Shown piece after piece: positions 38,487 to 50,926 of a stretch of 64,000 nt of DNA. Positions within the stretch are counted from its first letter, which is position 1, and each line of letters opens with the position of its first letter. Both the position numbers and the translations under genes were made by a program. This DNA is from the human T2T-CHM13v2.0 reference genome, Homo sapiens: NCBI RefSeq assembly GCF_009914755.1, contig NC_060944.1; one strand, written 5' to 3'. Below the pieces are notes generated by a model that did no database searches, was not told the DNA's origin, and was given only the letters and a program-made list of their open reading frames with translations.

Positions 38487-39392
38487 AGTTCAGGTTCTTA
38501 ACTTTGCCATACAAAAGAATTTGAGAGCCAGTCCATAGTGAGAGTAAGCAAAGAAGTTTATTGGAAAGCAAAAGTCCACTCCGAGAGACAGAGCAGCGGC
38601 TCAGAGGGAGATAGCAGCTGCTGCCTTAGGAATTCCTTTCATGGGAGCTGTATGTGAATATTCATGAAATACTGCTGAGGTCGGGGATGCAAAGGCGGAT
38701 CTGCAGTTGGAGCTTGCACTCAGCACCTACATGCTCCAACACGCCTTGCATGTATCATTAGGCACTCAGCACCTGCATGCTCCAACACACATTGCATGTA
38801 TCAGGCACTCAGAGCTTACATGCTCCAACACGCCTTGCATGTATCATTAGGCACTCAGCACCTACATGCTCCAAAACACATTGCGTGTGTCATTAGGCAC
38901 TCAGCACCTGCATGCTCCAACACACGTTGCATGTGTCAGGCACTCAGCACCTACATGCTCCAACACACGTTGCGCGTATCATTCGCATACTAGGTCTCTG
39001 CCTAGGGGTGTGTTTTTCACTGTTAAAATGAGGAAAAGGTCACTATAACCTGAATCTTGAACCTAGCTGGGCAGGCTGGACCTCGAAGAAGTCCCTGCCC
39101 CATCCACCTGCCCCAGGCAGGAATCTGTAGCTACTGGCTTCTTGGGATTTGTATGCTGATTGGCTGGATATTGGGGAAACTACATCAGGAAGAGGGGCTT
39201 TTGTTTTCTTTCCTGGGTAGTCCTAGGTGTCCTGAGCCTGTAGCCTGCCTGTCTGCTGGTGTCCTGCAGGGCTGGACTGCTTCCCTTCCAAAAGAGTGAG
39301 GTGCTGGCATGGGAAGGTGTAAGGGATGTGGAGCCAGCCGGGCTCCACCCACGGGGACAAGTCAGTGTGGCCTGATCTCACATATCCTGCCT
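38487..39392 (-). mobile_element. ERV1-class LTR (family uncertain) containing an internal VNTR
   Basis: caggttcttaactttgcc...aaagaatttgagagc...gtttattggaaagcaaaag (AATAAA on the minus strand) is typical of antisense ERV1 LTR U5/R; boundaries approximate. Confidence 0.5.
38716..38985. repeat. 46/43-bp minisatellite, 6 units (GCACTCAGCACCTACATGCTCCAACAC...)
   Basis: Unit starts at 38716, 38762, 38805, 38851, 38897, 38940. Confidence 0.9.
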
Positions 39393-40507
39393 GGAAATGT
39401 GCCAGGCTTGATTTGTCCAGTGTACTCTTCACAGATATCTGGGTGTCACTAGTGGTGTCACCGTAGGAGCTGTCATATGTGGTGACTGCCCACTGAACAG
39501 CCACATGCCGAGTCCAGGCATGGAGAGCTTCTGAAACACGGCTCTCCCTGTGGAGGTGAGATGACCAGAATCACTGTAGAAGTACAAGGAACGTGTGAAA
39601 CTGCCCAGTGTGTCAGGGCTGAACCTCACTGCCCAGGGGGCGGGGGCATGCAAATATTCCTTTCGTCTTTTTATGGCCCCACGTGAGCCTCTTGGTTTTG
39701 AATGTATGTAGCATACATTGACACATTTGTACCATGCCAGGGTGGTGTAATTTTCAAGGGTTCTGCAGATGAGTTCTTTAATATTAAATACTATGTGAGT
39801 GCACATACTTAACCAAAGCTGTCACAAAGCTGCCATGAGCCGCAGCGCTGAGCAGTGGACTTAGTTTCATGCTGATTGAATTAGTGGGATCCGATGTCTT
39901 TTGTGGGGAGGAGAAGGCAGGGCGAGGTGAAGTCGGTGACACCCTCCTTCTCATTGCACTGTGCAGGAAAGCTGTGCCGACAATTAATCTCTGTCCACCT
40001 GCAAACTCTGGCAAAAGTCAGACAATGCCAGCAGTCTGTGGGATTTTTCTGCTGAAATGGCTGCTGCTTTTCTGCCTTGGCATAATTTCCTGTGCCTGGG
40101 AGTGATGGGAAATGAGGAGCACCGGGGCTTACTGTTTGGCACCATCCAGACAAAATGCTTAGTGTGTTTCCTTGTCTGATGTGGTTTTCATTTGCTAATG
40201 TGAACCTATTCAGTCACCTTCCCAAGGCCTTCTGTCAAAACTGAATTTGATGATTGCAGGCGGAGGAGAGGCTGAGCAGGAAGATTTCTGGAGGTTAGAC
40301 TTTGCTGTCAGAAACCTGTTGCAGCTACTTCAATGCCCCTCTTCCTGTACATCTGAATTTACTTAAGTCCTGATCAAAGGGCTGGGCTATGGGAAGCAGA
40401 GCTCGTAGCCTGTGGTTTGCAGGAGAATTGATTCCTGCCTGGATCTGATGGGAAGTCCAGCAGAGGTGCTCTGAGGCCTCCCACTTCCTGACAGACCTCA
40501 GTTGGAG

Positions 40508-40650
40508 CAGGACTGACTGCATGTTTTCGGGCCCAGAACACAGTGAAAATGTGGAGCCCCTTGTTAAAAAATTACTGAATTTCAATATGGCAATGGCAGA
40601 GCATGGAGCCAAGCACAGGGCGCTTCTGAGCGCGAGGCTGGCCCTGTGCA
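40508..40650 (-). mobile_element. MER45A-like (hAT-Tip100)
   Basis: gggcccag...tgaaaatgtggagccccttgttaaaaaattactgaatttcaa...gcagagcat...cttctgagcgcg. Confidence 0.7.
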
Positions 40651-40823
40651 GCTCGGCTGGTGCCCAGGAGATCCTCTCATCTCTCTGGAGCTGGGTCCTG
40701 AGGCCAGCTGGCTGAGTGCTGGGGTCCTGGGGCTAGGGGGCTGTCCCTGTAGGGGTGCAGCAGGAGCTTGTGTGCAGGCTGTGGCACTGAGACATGGATG
40801 GGGGCGCCTCACTGTGATGACCT

Positions 40824-40972
40824 TGCAGGTGTGCATAGAGGTGTTCAGCTGTCTTCCTCGAGTTTCCAGAACCATGCAGGTGTGCATAGAGGTGTTCAGC
40901 TGTCTTCCTTGAGTTTCCAGAACCATGCAGGTATGCATAGAGGTGCTCAGCTGTCTTCCTCGAGTTTCCAGA
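40824..40972. repeat. 51-bp tandem repeat, ~2.9 copies
   Basis: tgcaggtgtgcatagaggtgttcagctgtcttcctcgagtttccagaacca at 40824, 40875, 40926. Confidence 0.95.
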
Positions 40973-41779
40973 TGCCCTGGGGGCCCCCTCCTCCTCTAGA
41001 TGTTCATTTGAGGCATTTTACTTAGCAGTGGATATGGGGTTGAGAACACAGTGATCTGGAAGCAAGGCAAAAAAAGGAGGGAAAAACTTAGGAAGAGAAA
41101 TGGTTTATAGACAAAACTTTGAAAAGTTTCCCCAAGTGGTCAGTACCTTTTTGTGTTCCTATTTCAGGGAAATGCATGAACTTAATTATTCTATTTAGTG
41201 GGGATTTGAACAGTATAAAGACTAATTTGTAGATTCCCTTGTCCTTTAATTCCACAAAAGCTTCGTGAACATATAGCAAGTGCCAGGCCCTGTCTATAGT
41301 GGTGAACTAAGCAATGTTTCAGAAAGAGTTAGGACAGTTTCGTCCTATTGAATGCATTACTTGGGAGCCTTAGGGATTTGAAAAATCTATTAAAGAGAAG
41401 AAGGACATGGAGCAGAAGTGTGGCAGGGGCTGGCCAGGTGTGGCAGAAGCTAGGGTGGCCTCTCCATTGCTCTCTCTGCTCCCCTGTCCCCTGCAAGATG
41501 AATTTGTTTGCAGGACAGCTCTCCTGCGGCTTACAGAAATGGGTGGCCTTGTAAAATTCCAAAGTTCGTGCCAGTTGGATGGCTTAGGTCACCTGCCCCC
41601 CTCCAAAGCCCATGGGAATGTGGGCTGCAAGATGGTGCCACCTGGAACCAGCCCAGAGCCAGCTGGGGTGGGTAGGCTGAGTGTCTTCAGCCCACTGTCT
41701 GGTTGGGGGTCTTTGCTAGAGTGGGTGATGGGGGTTCGTCTTGCACAAGCCAGGACGGGAGGGCAAGGCTCCATGTCCT

Positions 41780-42508
41780 ACTCAGCTCATGCTGCCATAC
41801 TAAGTACCACAAACCAGGTGGCTTCAACCAGTGGTCCCCAACGTTTTTGGCACCAGGGACCAGTTTCGTGGAGGATAACTATTTTATGGACCTGGGTTGG
41901 GTGGGGGTTGGTGTCTGGTTGAAACTGTTCCACCTCAGATCATCAGGCATTAATTAGATTCTCATAAGGAGCGTGCACCTTGGATCCCTCCCATGCGCGG
42001 TTCACAGTAGGGTTTGCACTCCTGTGAGGATCTAATGCTGCTGATCTGAGAGGAGGCGGAGCTCAGGCGGCCATGCTGGCTCTCCAGCTGCCCCCTTCCT
42101 GCTGTCCAGCCTGGTTCCTAACAGGCCATGCACTGCCATGGGTCTGCAGCCCCGGGGTTGGGTACCCGCAGCTTAAACAACAGGAGGTCGTTTCCTCACT
42201 GTTCTGGGGGCTGGAAGTCTGGGATGGAGGTGTTGGCAGGGTTGGGTTTTCCTGGGGCCTGGCTCTGTGGCCTGCAGATCCTGTCTCCTTTTTGTATCTT
42301 CCCATGATTTTCCTTCTGCGTGTCTGCGTCCTAGCTCCCTCTTCCCACAGGGACACCAGTCACCTCAGATTGGAGCCCACCCTAAGGACCTCATTTTGCC
42401 TTAATCACCACTTCCAAGGCCCTGGCTCCAAATACAGCCACGTTCTGTGGTACTGGGGGGTAGGGCTTCAAAATAGGAATTTGACGGGGACACAGGTCAG
42501 CCCTAACG
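41780..42508 (-). mobile_element. MLT1B-like MaLR LTR interrupted by MER1B
   Basis: gctgccatactaagtaccacaaaccaggtggctt | aaacaacagg...ggacaccagtca...ctccaaatacagccacgttctg... Confidence 0.8.
41829..42170 (+). mobile_element. MER1B (hAT-Charlie) with 8-bp TSD GCTT(C/A)AAC
   Basis: cagtggtccccaacgtttttggcaccagggacc...gttccacctcagatcatcaggcatt...attctcataaggagcg; TSD at 41821-41828 and 42171-42178. Confidence 0.88.
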
Positions 42509-42769
42509 CTTCCCAAGGTGTCCCCACCCCACTCCACTGCACAGTGGAGGCGGGTGGTGTCCTGGTCCTCCTCGTTTCCATCAGATCCATACAGTGAAGC
42601 GAACCTCCGGTGACTCAGGCTCAGATGTTCTGGGTGAGATGGGTAGTTAGTTGAATTCCAAGTGGATCAAACGTTTAAAATTAGCTCATTAAACACACAC
42701 CCACACCCACACACACCCACACCAGCAATGTGTGTTTATCTGAACTTTGAATAGGCATGGAGAAGTTCT

Positions 42770-43320
42770 TGTTGAACAGAAAAAAAAGTAATGAAATCAG
42801 AAAGGAAAAGATGGATCTGACTCAATAAATATTTTAGAAATAAATTTTATTAAAAAGGTTTCACATTAAAAGGCAAACATATTGGGAAAATAATTTCTAC
42901 AAATAATGAGGAAGAACTTCTCACCTTTCCATATAAAGACGTAATATAGACTGGTGAGAACAATGCAAATTAGGACAGTGCCCAAAGTACAAAACAGCAA
43001 AATTACAGAACAGCAGATTCAGATATTTAGTAAACATAGACAAAACATGTTACACCTCACTAGTAACCAAGGGAAAGTCTAGAAAACTGTCTTACCACTT
43101 TGGTGTTACCAATTAAGCAAAGTTTGTGTTTGTGTTAATTTTCTTTTAATTGGTTTACTCAAAACTGGCCAAGACCTATGGGTTGGATGTATATGCTGCA
43201 TCAAGAAATGTTAAACTGAAATTGAAAAAAAAATTGACGAACTATCTCAAGGGCCAGAGAAATGGTTTTGCGGTTTTACTCAGTGATTCAAGTTCTTGTC
43301 AAGCCTGAAAAAACAAAACA
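42770..43320 (+). mobile_element. Ancient L1M (L1ME/MC-like) fragment
   Basis: A-rich degraded ORF2-3' sequence (aaaaggcaaacatattgggaaaataattt..., cctcactagtaaccaagggaaa). Confidence 0.5.
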
Positions 43321-43451
43321 TCTGAAAGTGGGTGGGAGTGTGTGGGATGCGCCAGGGCGGGGCGGCCAGTGCATGGCACAGCACCCTGGCTTCCTGCGGA
43401 GCCGGCTGCATCCACACCTGTTCCTCCTGTGCCCGAGCCTGTGAGGTCATT

Positions 43452-43940
43452 GTGCGTGCACATGTGTACTGTATGTGTTTACATGCCTGCATGTGTGTAA
43501 TGTGTGCATGTGTTGTGCATATATGTGTTTGCATGGGTGTTGTGTGTGAGACTGCATGTATTTGTGATGTGCACATGTGTGGTGTGTATATGTATGTGCA
43601 TGTGTGTGATGTGTGGTGTGTGCATGTGGGTGGTATGGTGTGTGTGGTGTGTGCATGTGTGTGTTGTGTATGCGTGTGGGATGTTTGTGATGTGTGCATT
43701 TTGTGATGTGTGCATATGTGCGGTGTGTGTGTGGTGTGTGCATGTGTGTGGTGTGTGTGTATATGTGTGTAATGTGTCCATTTTGTGATGTATGCATATG
43801 TCAGTGTGTGTATGGTGTGTGCATGTGTGTGGTGTGTGTGTATATGTGTGCGATGTGTGCATTTTGTGATGTATGCATATGTGTGGCATGATGTGAGTGG
43901 TGTGGTGTGTGCATGTGTGTGTGCATGTGTGAGTGTGTGC
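43452..43940. repeat. Degenerate (TG)n-rich simple repeat
   Basis: Direct reading. Confidence 0.9.
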
Positions 43941-45164
43941 ACCCATTCTGCTTGGTGATCATGGGCCCTGCCTGGGAGGCAGAGTGAGGAGCCGCCAGCC
44001 CCCGGGTGCACAGGTGGACCTTCCAGCTGGTCCGTATTGGGGACCCCTTGCCCCTGCAGTCCCCACCATCAGGACTGCACCCCCTTCTTTGCTGAGGCCC
44101 AGCTGGGAGTGACTTTCTCGCTAGAGCCTGGCCCTCCTCGTGAGACCCTACTGTGGTCATCTCTGATGGCTTGGCCAGCGTTCTCCTTCCTCTTTGCACA
44201 CGTCACTCCTTCCAGCTACTCCATGTCCGAGGATGTGAGTGGTTATTAATTTTGTGCAGTGTATGATGACCCCTTCCAGAACAGAGCTCGAGCTCTGCCC
44301 CCTAGAGCTTGTGGGACGGGACACCAAAGTGCCTGCAGTCCCTCCTCTCCAGCCTGCATTTCCCACCCATCCTCGGCTTGCTCTTGCCTGCCCAGTGCAG
44401 AGAAGCAAGCTTGCCTGGGATTGCAGGGGTGCTTGGCAGGTCCTCTCCCTCGATCCAAGCTTTCCTACCCCCTCACTGCCTCCAGGGCCTGGGGGTCTCA
44501 CTCCTGTGGGGTTGCGGTGAGCCCTTCCCTATCCCTGCCCCAGGGTGGCCCCCAGTGCCTTCCAAAGACCGATTCTAATACTGCAGGGAGGAAATGCATA
44601 GAACAGGCTGGCTCTGCTCCAACGTGACTGTGCTATGCGGGCTCATCGAGGCCTGGTCGTGTTTGAAATCTCATTTATTTCACCACTCTCAATCGTGCAC
44701 TACGTGGGGCCTGGCTTAGCCCGAGTGTCTGATGAGGGATTTGCGGAGTGGTTCAGCATGCTTCACTGTGAGTCTCCAGCCACCAGCAAAGGGAAGAGCC
44801 GGGAGACCCAGAAGCAGCAGGGAGGGTTCTGGAGCTGGCACCTGCAGCCGGGTGGGGAAGTAGGTGCGAGCACTCCCCGGGAAGCCTACACAGCTCCCTT
44901 CATCTTTTAAAATGAAGGGCATCTTTCGCTCTCATTTTTTAGTTCACCATTGAGTCGCCCTTGGCACGCTTTGTTTTTCATCTAAACAAACCCTGTCGGG
45001 AAGCCACCAGGCACCAGGCGTGTCTCACAGTGCATGGACCACTGCGTGAGAGCAGCGTGGATTTCACGATCAGACGGTTGCTTGCAGCCTGCATGAGATG
45101 AATGAGCGCTGTCTGCCCTGGGAACATCACAGGGGTGGTCACAGTGCAGTGTTTTGGGGTCACT

Positions 45165-46545
45165 TTTGGTTTTATGAAGGTATAATTGACAAATAAAAAA
45201 TGTATATATTTATGGTATACAACATGATGATTTTTTACATTTTTGTTATCATTTTTTGTTTAAGACATGGTCTCGCTCTGTCACCCAGGCTGGAGTGCAG
45301 TGGTGCAATCATAGCCCACTACAGCCTCAAACTCATGGCCTCTAGTGATCCTCCCACCTCAGCCTCCTGAGTAGCTAGGACTACAGGTGCACACCACCAT
45401 GCCCAGCTAATTTTTGTTTTTTGTAGAGATGGGGTCCCATCATGTTGCCCAGGCTGCTTTCAAACTCCTGAGCTCAAGTGATCTGTGCACCTTGGCCTCC
45501 CAAAGTGCTGGGATTACAGGCGTGAGCCACAGCACCCAGCTAACAATGTGTTGATTTTATATACGTATGATTCTCCAGATCAAGTCAGTTCACATCTCCA
45601 TCACTTCACCTTGTTACCTTTTGTGGTGAGAGGTGAGAACATTTATGGTCCGTTCCTTTTACAGATTTCAAATTAACCATACAGTGTTGCTACCCCTGGT
45701 CTCTGAGCTGTACCTTAGATCCCCAGAAATCACCCATCTTAGAACTGAAACTTTGTCCCCTTTGACCAACAGCTCCCCTCTCCCCACTCCCAGCCCCAGG
45801 CAACCATTGTTCTATTCTCTGCTTCTATGAGTTTGACGTTTTTAGATTCCACGTAGAAGTGAGATCGTGCAGTATCTGTCTTTCTGGGCCTGGCTTGTTT
45901 TATTTAGTATCGTGTCCTCCAGTTTCATCCATGTTGTTGAAATGCCAGGATTTCCTTTCTTATGGTGGATTACTAGTCCCTTGTGTGTACGTGTGTAGAC
46001 CACAATTCATTTGTCTATTCGCCCACCAGTGGACACTGAGGTGGATTCCATATCTCAGCTGTTGAGAAGAATGTGCTGCAATGAACCTGGGACTGCAGGG
46101 ATCTTTTTGAGATCCTGACTTCATTTCCTCTGGATAGATGCCCAGAGGTGGGACCACTGGATCGTATGGTAGTTCTACCTTTAATGTTCTGAGGAACCTC
46201 CATGCTATCTTCCATAACGCTCATCCCAATTTATCTTCCCAGCAACAGCGGAGGAGGAGGAGGAGGCTTCCCTTTTCTCCACGTCCTCACCGAGGCTTGT
46301 TATCCTCGTCGTTTTGACAGTAGCCGTCCTAACAAGTGTGCGATGACAGCGCATTGTGGTTTGAATTTGCATTTCCCTGGTGATTCGTGATATTGAGCAC
46401 TTTTTCATAAACCTGTTGGCCATTTGTATATCTGTGTTGAGAAATGTCTGTTCAGGTCCTCTGCTAATTTTTTTATTACATTGTTTTCTTGCTATTGATT
46501 TGTTTGCATTCCTTATGTATTTTGGCTATCAACACCTTTATTTTA
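45165..46545 (-). mobile_element. L1MA/MB 3' portion, interrupted by an AluJ
   Basis: aattgacaaataaaaaatgtatatatttatggtatacaacatgatg...ctattctctgcttctatgagtttgac...cattgtggtttgaatttgcatttccctg. Confidence 0.85.
45250..45541 (-). mobile_element. AluJ, full length
   Basis: gtgcaatcatagcccactacagcctcaaactc...ctcctgagctcaagtgatc...gtgagccacagcacccagct. Confidence 0.95.
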
Positions 46546-47150
46546 AACATGACTCAGCCCAGATGGGTCTAAACACGAAAGCCTCCACTCACAGCTGGAA
46601 GCTCCATGCCAGACTCCTCCTCCTTGGGCTCAGGTGCATAGGGGCTCAAGGGGGACCGGCCTCATCCTGAAGCTCATCTCATTTCTGGGGCTGCAGTGAT
46701 TGAATGGGTTGGGTGGGGCTTGTGATCTGGATGGGGTCAGTGAGATGCTCATGGCTTTCTGGATTTCTGGGAAAGAAACGTTTCCTCCTCTGGGCATGAG
46801 GCAGGAAGATGCCAGACCGATGCCTGGTATCCAAAAGGAGAGAAACTGGGGGACATTGAGCTTCCAGTGAGTGTGGAGCTCAGAGCAAAGAGAAAGCTAG
46901 CCCTGGGGACAGGTGGGTGCCCTGATAAAAAAGACCAGAAGCCAGCCAGCCTCAGACAGATTTTCAGCTGTGAAAGCCCATCAGCCCGGCTTCGGTGTAG
47001 CCAGGTTTCTGTCTCCAGCTGCAGAAAGAAAAAGGATGTGAGAATTGAATGATGCCAAGAAACTCGCAGAACCAGGCAGGAGGATGTCGGGGAGAAACGA
47101 GGAGTGTGCTGGACCTGTTCGTCATGAGGCTCCCTCTCTGTCTCGTGACA

Positions 47151-47462
<312 letters not shown>

Positions 47463-48506
47463 CCCCTGGGTGGAGGACTTCCAAGGGAACAGGCGATTTC
47501 CACAGGGCCCTGGAAGCTGGGTTTCTGATGCAGGCACTGAGGGGCTCTCCAGGGGGAGGAAGGATTTGGCAGCTTCCCTTTGAAGACAGGACTCAGTTTT
47601 CCTAATTCACGTCCTCCTCTTCCTCCTGGGTGCTGTTGGCAAGTTCCTTTGGGTTAGGATGGGGCAGGTTTCAGGGCAGTCTATGAAACAAGAAATGGAA
47701 GTTTACTTCCCAAACAGAAGGGCAATTTTGGATAGACTTCTTGACAGATCTGCATTTTTCAAAATCCAATCCATCGGAAGAAGTTAGGACAAGGAAAATC
47801 TAATTTTCTGGAACATCGGAGATGGAAAAGGCACTGCGGCCCGCAGATAGAGACCGCCGCGCTGACCTAAGTCGATAAGTTGAAGGCTCTAACAAGTTTG
47901 AAAAAGTCCACTTGGCCCCCTAAATCAAGTTCAGGCGGCAGAACAAATGTGTTGTTCCAACAGAGACGGAACAAACCTTTGGCTGGGAGGAAGAATAAAG
48001 TCATCAGCTCCCTCTTATCAGGTTTCTGTCTCTCTCCCTTCCCATCTGCCATCTGCTGCATCCTCGAAGCAGGGATCGCTTTGCTTGTTAAAGGGAAAGT
48101 GGTTGCTTTTCAGCGCAATTAATTTAGTAGGCCACAAATGTTGCTGACTGATGGGTGGAAGGTTTGATCAAACAGATTGGTTAATTGGTAGTGAAGAAAT
48201 GCTGGCCATGTGAAAAAGGATGAAAGTGAAGTTGGACTTTGCTGTCGTTAGAGCCGCCGCCTCTGCTTTTCGGGGGAGGGGAGTTTCTCTTTCTGAGTCG
48301 TCGTTGCCCAGAGCTGGGGACTGGCCACCCTTTTTGTTTTAGCCATTTGTACAGCATGATAGTCACAGCCGAGAAGCAGGGCTGGGTGGGGAGGCGCCTG
48401 GACGTGGGTCCTCCAGCCTCCCTCAGGTGCGTGCAGCCTCTGTACCTGAACGTCTGGCAGCAGCCTTTAAAGACGTGCCTTGCAGTGGAGTGATAAGTCT
48501 TGCACG

Positions 48507-48861
48507 TAACCTGCTATTTCTTTTTTTTTTTTTTAGTTTATTTATATACTTATTATTTTTATTACTATTTAGAAATCTGAATACCATGTTCAAATATATT
48601 TCCTGGCCAGGTGCGGTGGCTCATGCCTGTGATCCCGGCACTTTGGGAGGCCGAGGTGGGTGGATCACGAGGTGAGGAGATCGAGACCATCCTGGCTAAC
48701 ACGGTGAAACCCCGTCTCTACTAAAAATACAACAAATTAGCCAGCTGTGGTGGCGAGCGCCCGCAGTCCTGGCAGTGACTTGATCTTGGCTCACTGCAAG
48801 CTCCGCCTCCCGGTTTCACGCCATTCTCCTGCCTCAGCCTCCCGAATAACCTGCTATTTCT
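48507..48861 (-). pseudogene. L1-mediated retrocopy of a polyadenylated transcript 3' end containing an antisense AluY, 5'-inverted
   Basis: 15-bp perfect TSD TAACCTGCTATTTCT; poly(T) 48521-48534; AATAAA on the minus strand at 48558-48563; Alu + at 48605-48769; Alu - at 48772-48848. Confidence 0.85.
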
Positions 48862-49057
48862 AACATGGGATAAATTAAGGCGCCTTTGCCACTGAGTCTC
48901 CAGGTGCCTGCACTGTAAATTCTATCAAATCTGTTTGCATTGAAGTGTTTATTAGCAGCCCCCACCCTCGTGACCTGATTGGATGGGGAGGTCTGTGGCC
49001 CATTGCATCTCCCAGCTCACGTGCCTGCCAAAGCCTGCATTCACCATTGCTCCAGAC

Positions 49058-49272
49058 CAGGTTTCCTGACGCCACAGGCATGGGGGGCTGGATGAGTCTG
49101 TGGTGGGGCGTCCTGTGCACTGTATGGTGTTGAGCAGACTCCCAGGCTGGCACCCACTGGAGGCTGGTAGCACCCCTCCCCTAGGTGCCACAACCAAAAA
49201 TGCCTCTAGATGTTGCCCAGTGTCCCCTGGGAGCAGGGACCCCCTTTCCACCATGCCCGAGACCCCCACGGT
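49058..49272 (-). mobile_element. MER20
   Basis: gtcctgtgcactgtatggtgttgagcag...acaaccaaaaatgcctctagatgttgcccagtgtcccctggg. Confidence 0.8.
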
Positions 49273-50493
49273 TCTAGACAAAGGGCACTTCCGGGAAGCG
49301 TTTTTTCCGTGTGAATTTGTGGGTGTCCAGCCAGCCAGCAAGGGTGAATTTGCACGAGTTTCCTCAAGGGACATGTCAGAGTGGGGTAAAAGTAGAGTTA
49401 ATGCCCCATGGCATTTAGGGAAAAACAGAATGATCCAGCCATTGCAACTGTGAAGTGTTGTGCACACTTATTGGAGGAAAACGCCAACTGTGTTTGTTCT
49501 TAGCAAACCTAAATGGGTAGAGGTTAAGAGACCCAGAGAGACTAAAGGGCTGGAGGGTGGTTTCCTGCTCTCCGTCCCGGCTGGGGGGACACTTTTCACC
49601 TGAAACCTGGAGGTGGGACCCATGCGCCCCCACCCTGTGCTGTTGTGGTGGCAGGATGTGTGAAAGGGGAACTCACCGTCCTAATAGATGTTAAACTGCC
49701 CGGCTCCTGTTTAGACAGCAGTTTGCTTTGCGTTGACGACTCTCCCGTATGTTCCTCTCCATCTGGAGTGAAGTTTCCCAACAGCCCCGGCTTTGCAGAA
49801 GACACCAGCCTGGGATTCACAGTGCTCAGCTGACCAGCAGTGAGTGCCAGCGGATGCAGCCTTGGGTTTTGTTTGATCCTGTCCAAGATTTACTGCTTTG
49901 AATGATTCAAAAACCTAAGCGTGTGACAATGATTTGAACTGACGTTCTTTTTTTTCTCCTTTACCCCTTGCCTCATCTCTTAGGATTAACTGGGACTCTC
50001 CTAAGAAAAGCTTATCCATTTGGTTTTATTATTAGATCATGAATCGGGTAGGGATTGCTGGAGGCTATGATGTGGGCATGCGCTCTAGAAGGGCACCATG
50101 GTCCAGAAGGCCTGGTTCGTGCCCAGGAGGAGCCTGGAATCAGTGATACTCAGTCAGAATACATGCTCAATGCATAGCCACTGATGAGGAAATTAGAAGC
50201 TCAGTGAGGTCAAGAAGCGTGTTGAGCTCTTTGGCTTTATGTTATTAATTACTACCACTTGTTTGGCACAGAGAGAGTAATCCCTGGATATGCACTGATT
50301 GAGTTGAAGTGGTGACTTGCCCCTTTTCCCATGTAATGTTTCTTTTCATTCGTTTATTCACAAATGCCCAGTCACCCTCTCTGTGCCTGCCACTGCACAG
50401 ATGCCGGTGGTAGAGAGCTGGGCAGAGACCCCTCCTTGCCCGCAATGATGCTGCCATCGGCCTGAGCCATGGTGGGGCACCACACACTGATAT

Positions 50494-50787
50494 GGAGATG
50501 CTGCACACCATGCATGTCACATGATGCCGTGATAAACAGATGACTTAGTTTCCACGATCTTAACAGGTGACAGCACTGAGCGCTTGCCCTGTAGCTGCCA
50601 AAGACGCTCACCTCATGGTCCTTAGCTCAGCCCTCTCTGTAGTCTTACAATAAGCATAATAATATAACATATAAAAATATAACATATAACATGTTATAAT
50701 AAATATTATAATATATAATAATACAATAAGCAGGTGCATTATTATCCCCATTTTACAGGTGGGGAAACTGAGGCTCAGGAAGGTGAC
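50494..50787. repeat. Copy A of a ~294-bp dispersed duplication (MIR-derived, with AT-rich core)
   Basis: Colinear with 53233-53527. Confidence 0.92.
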
Positions 50788-50926
50788 GTGTGTAGGGCCA
50801 AAAGGACACACTGGGATTGCTAACATTTCCCAGGTCAGAGAATTCATCGATTAAAAATTCCCTGTTATGCTCCACCGGGAAGCAGGGCTAGATCGCACTG
50901 TTAAGAGTGCATCACATGTGCAGCCT

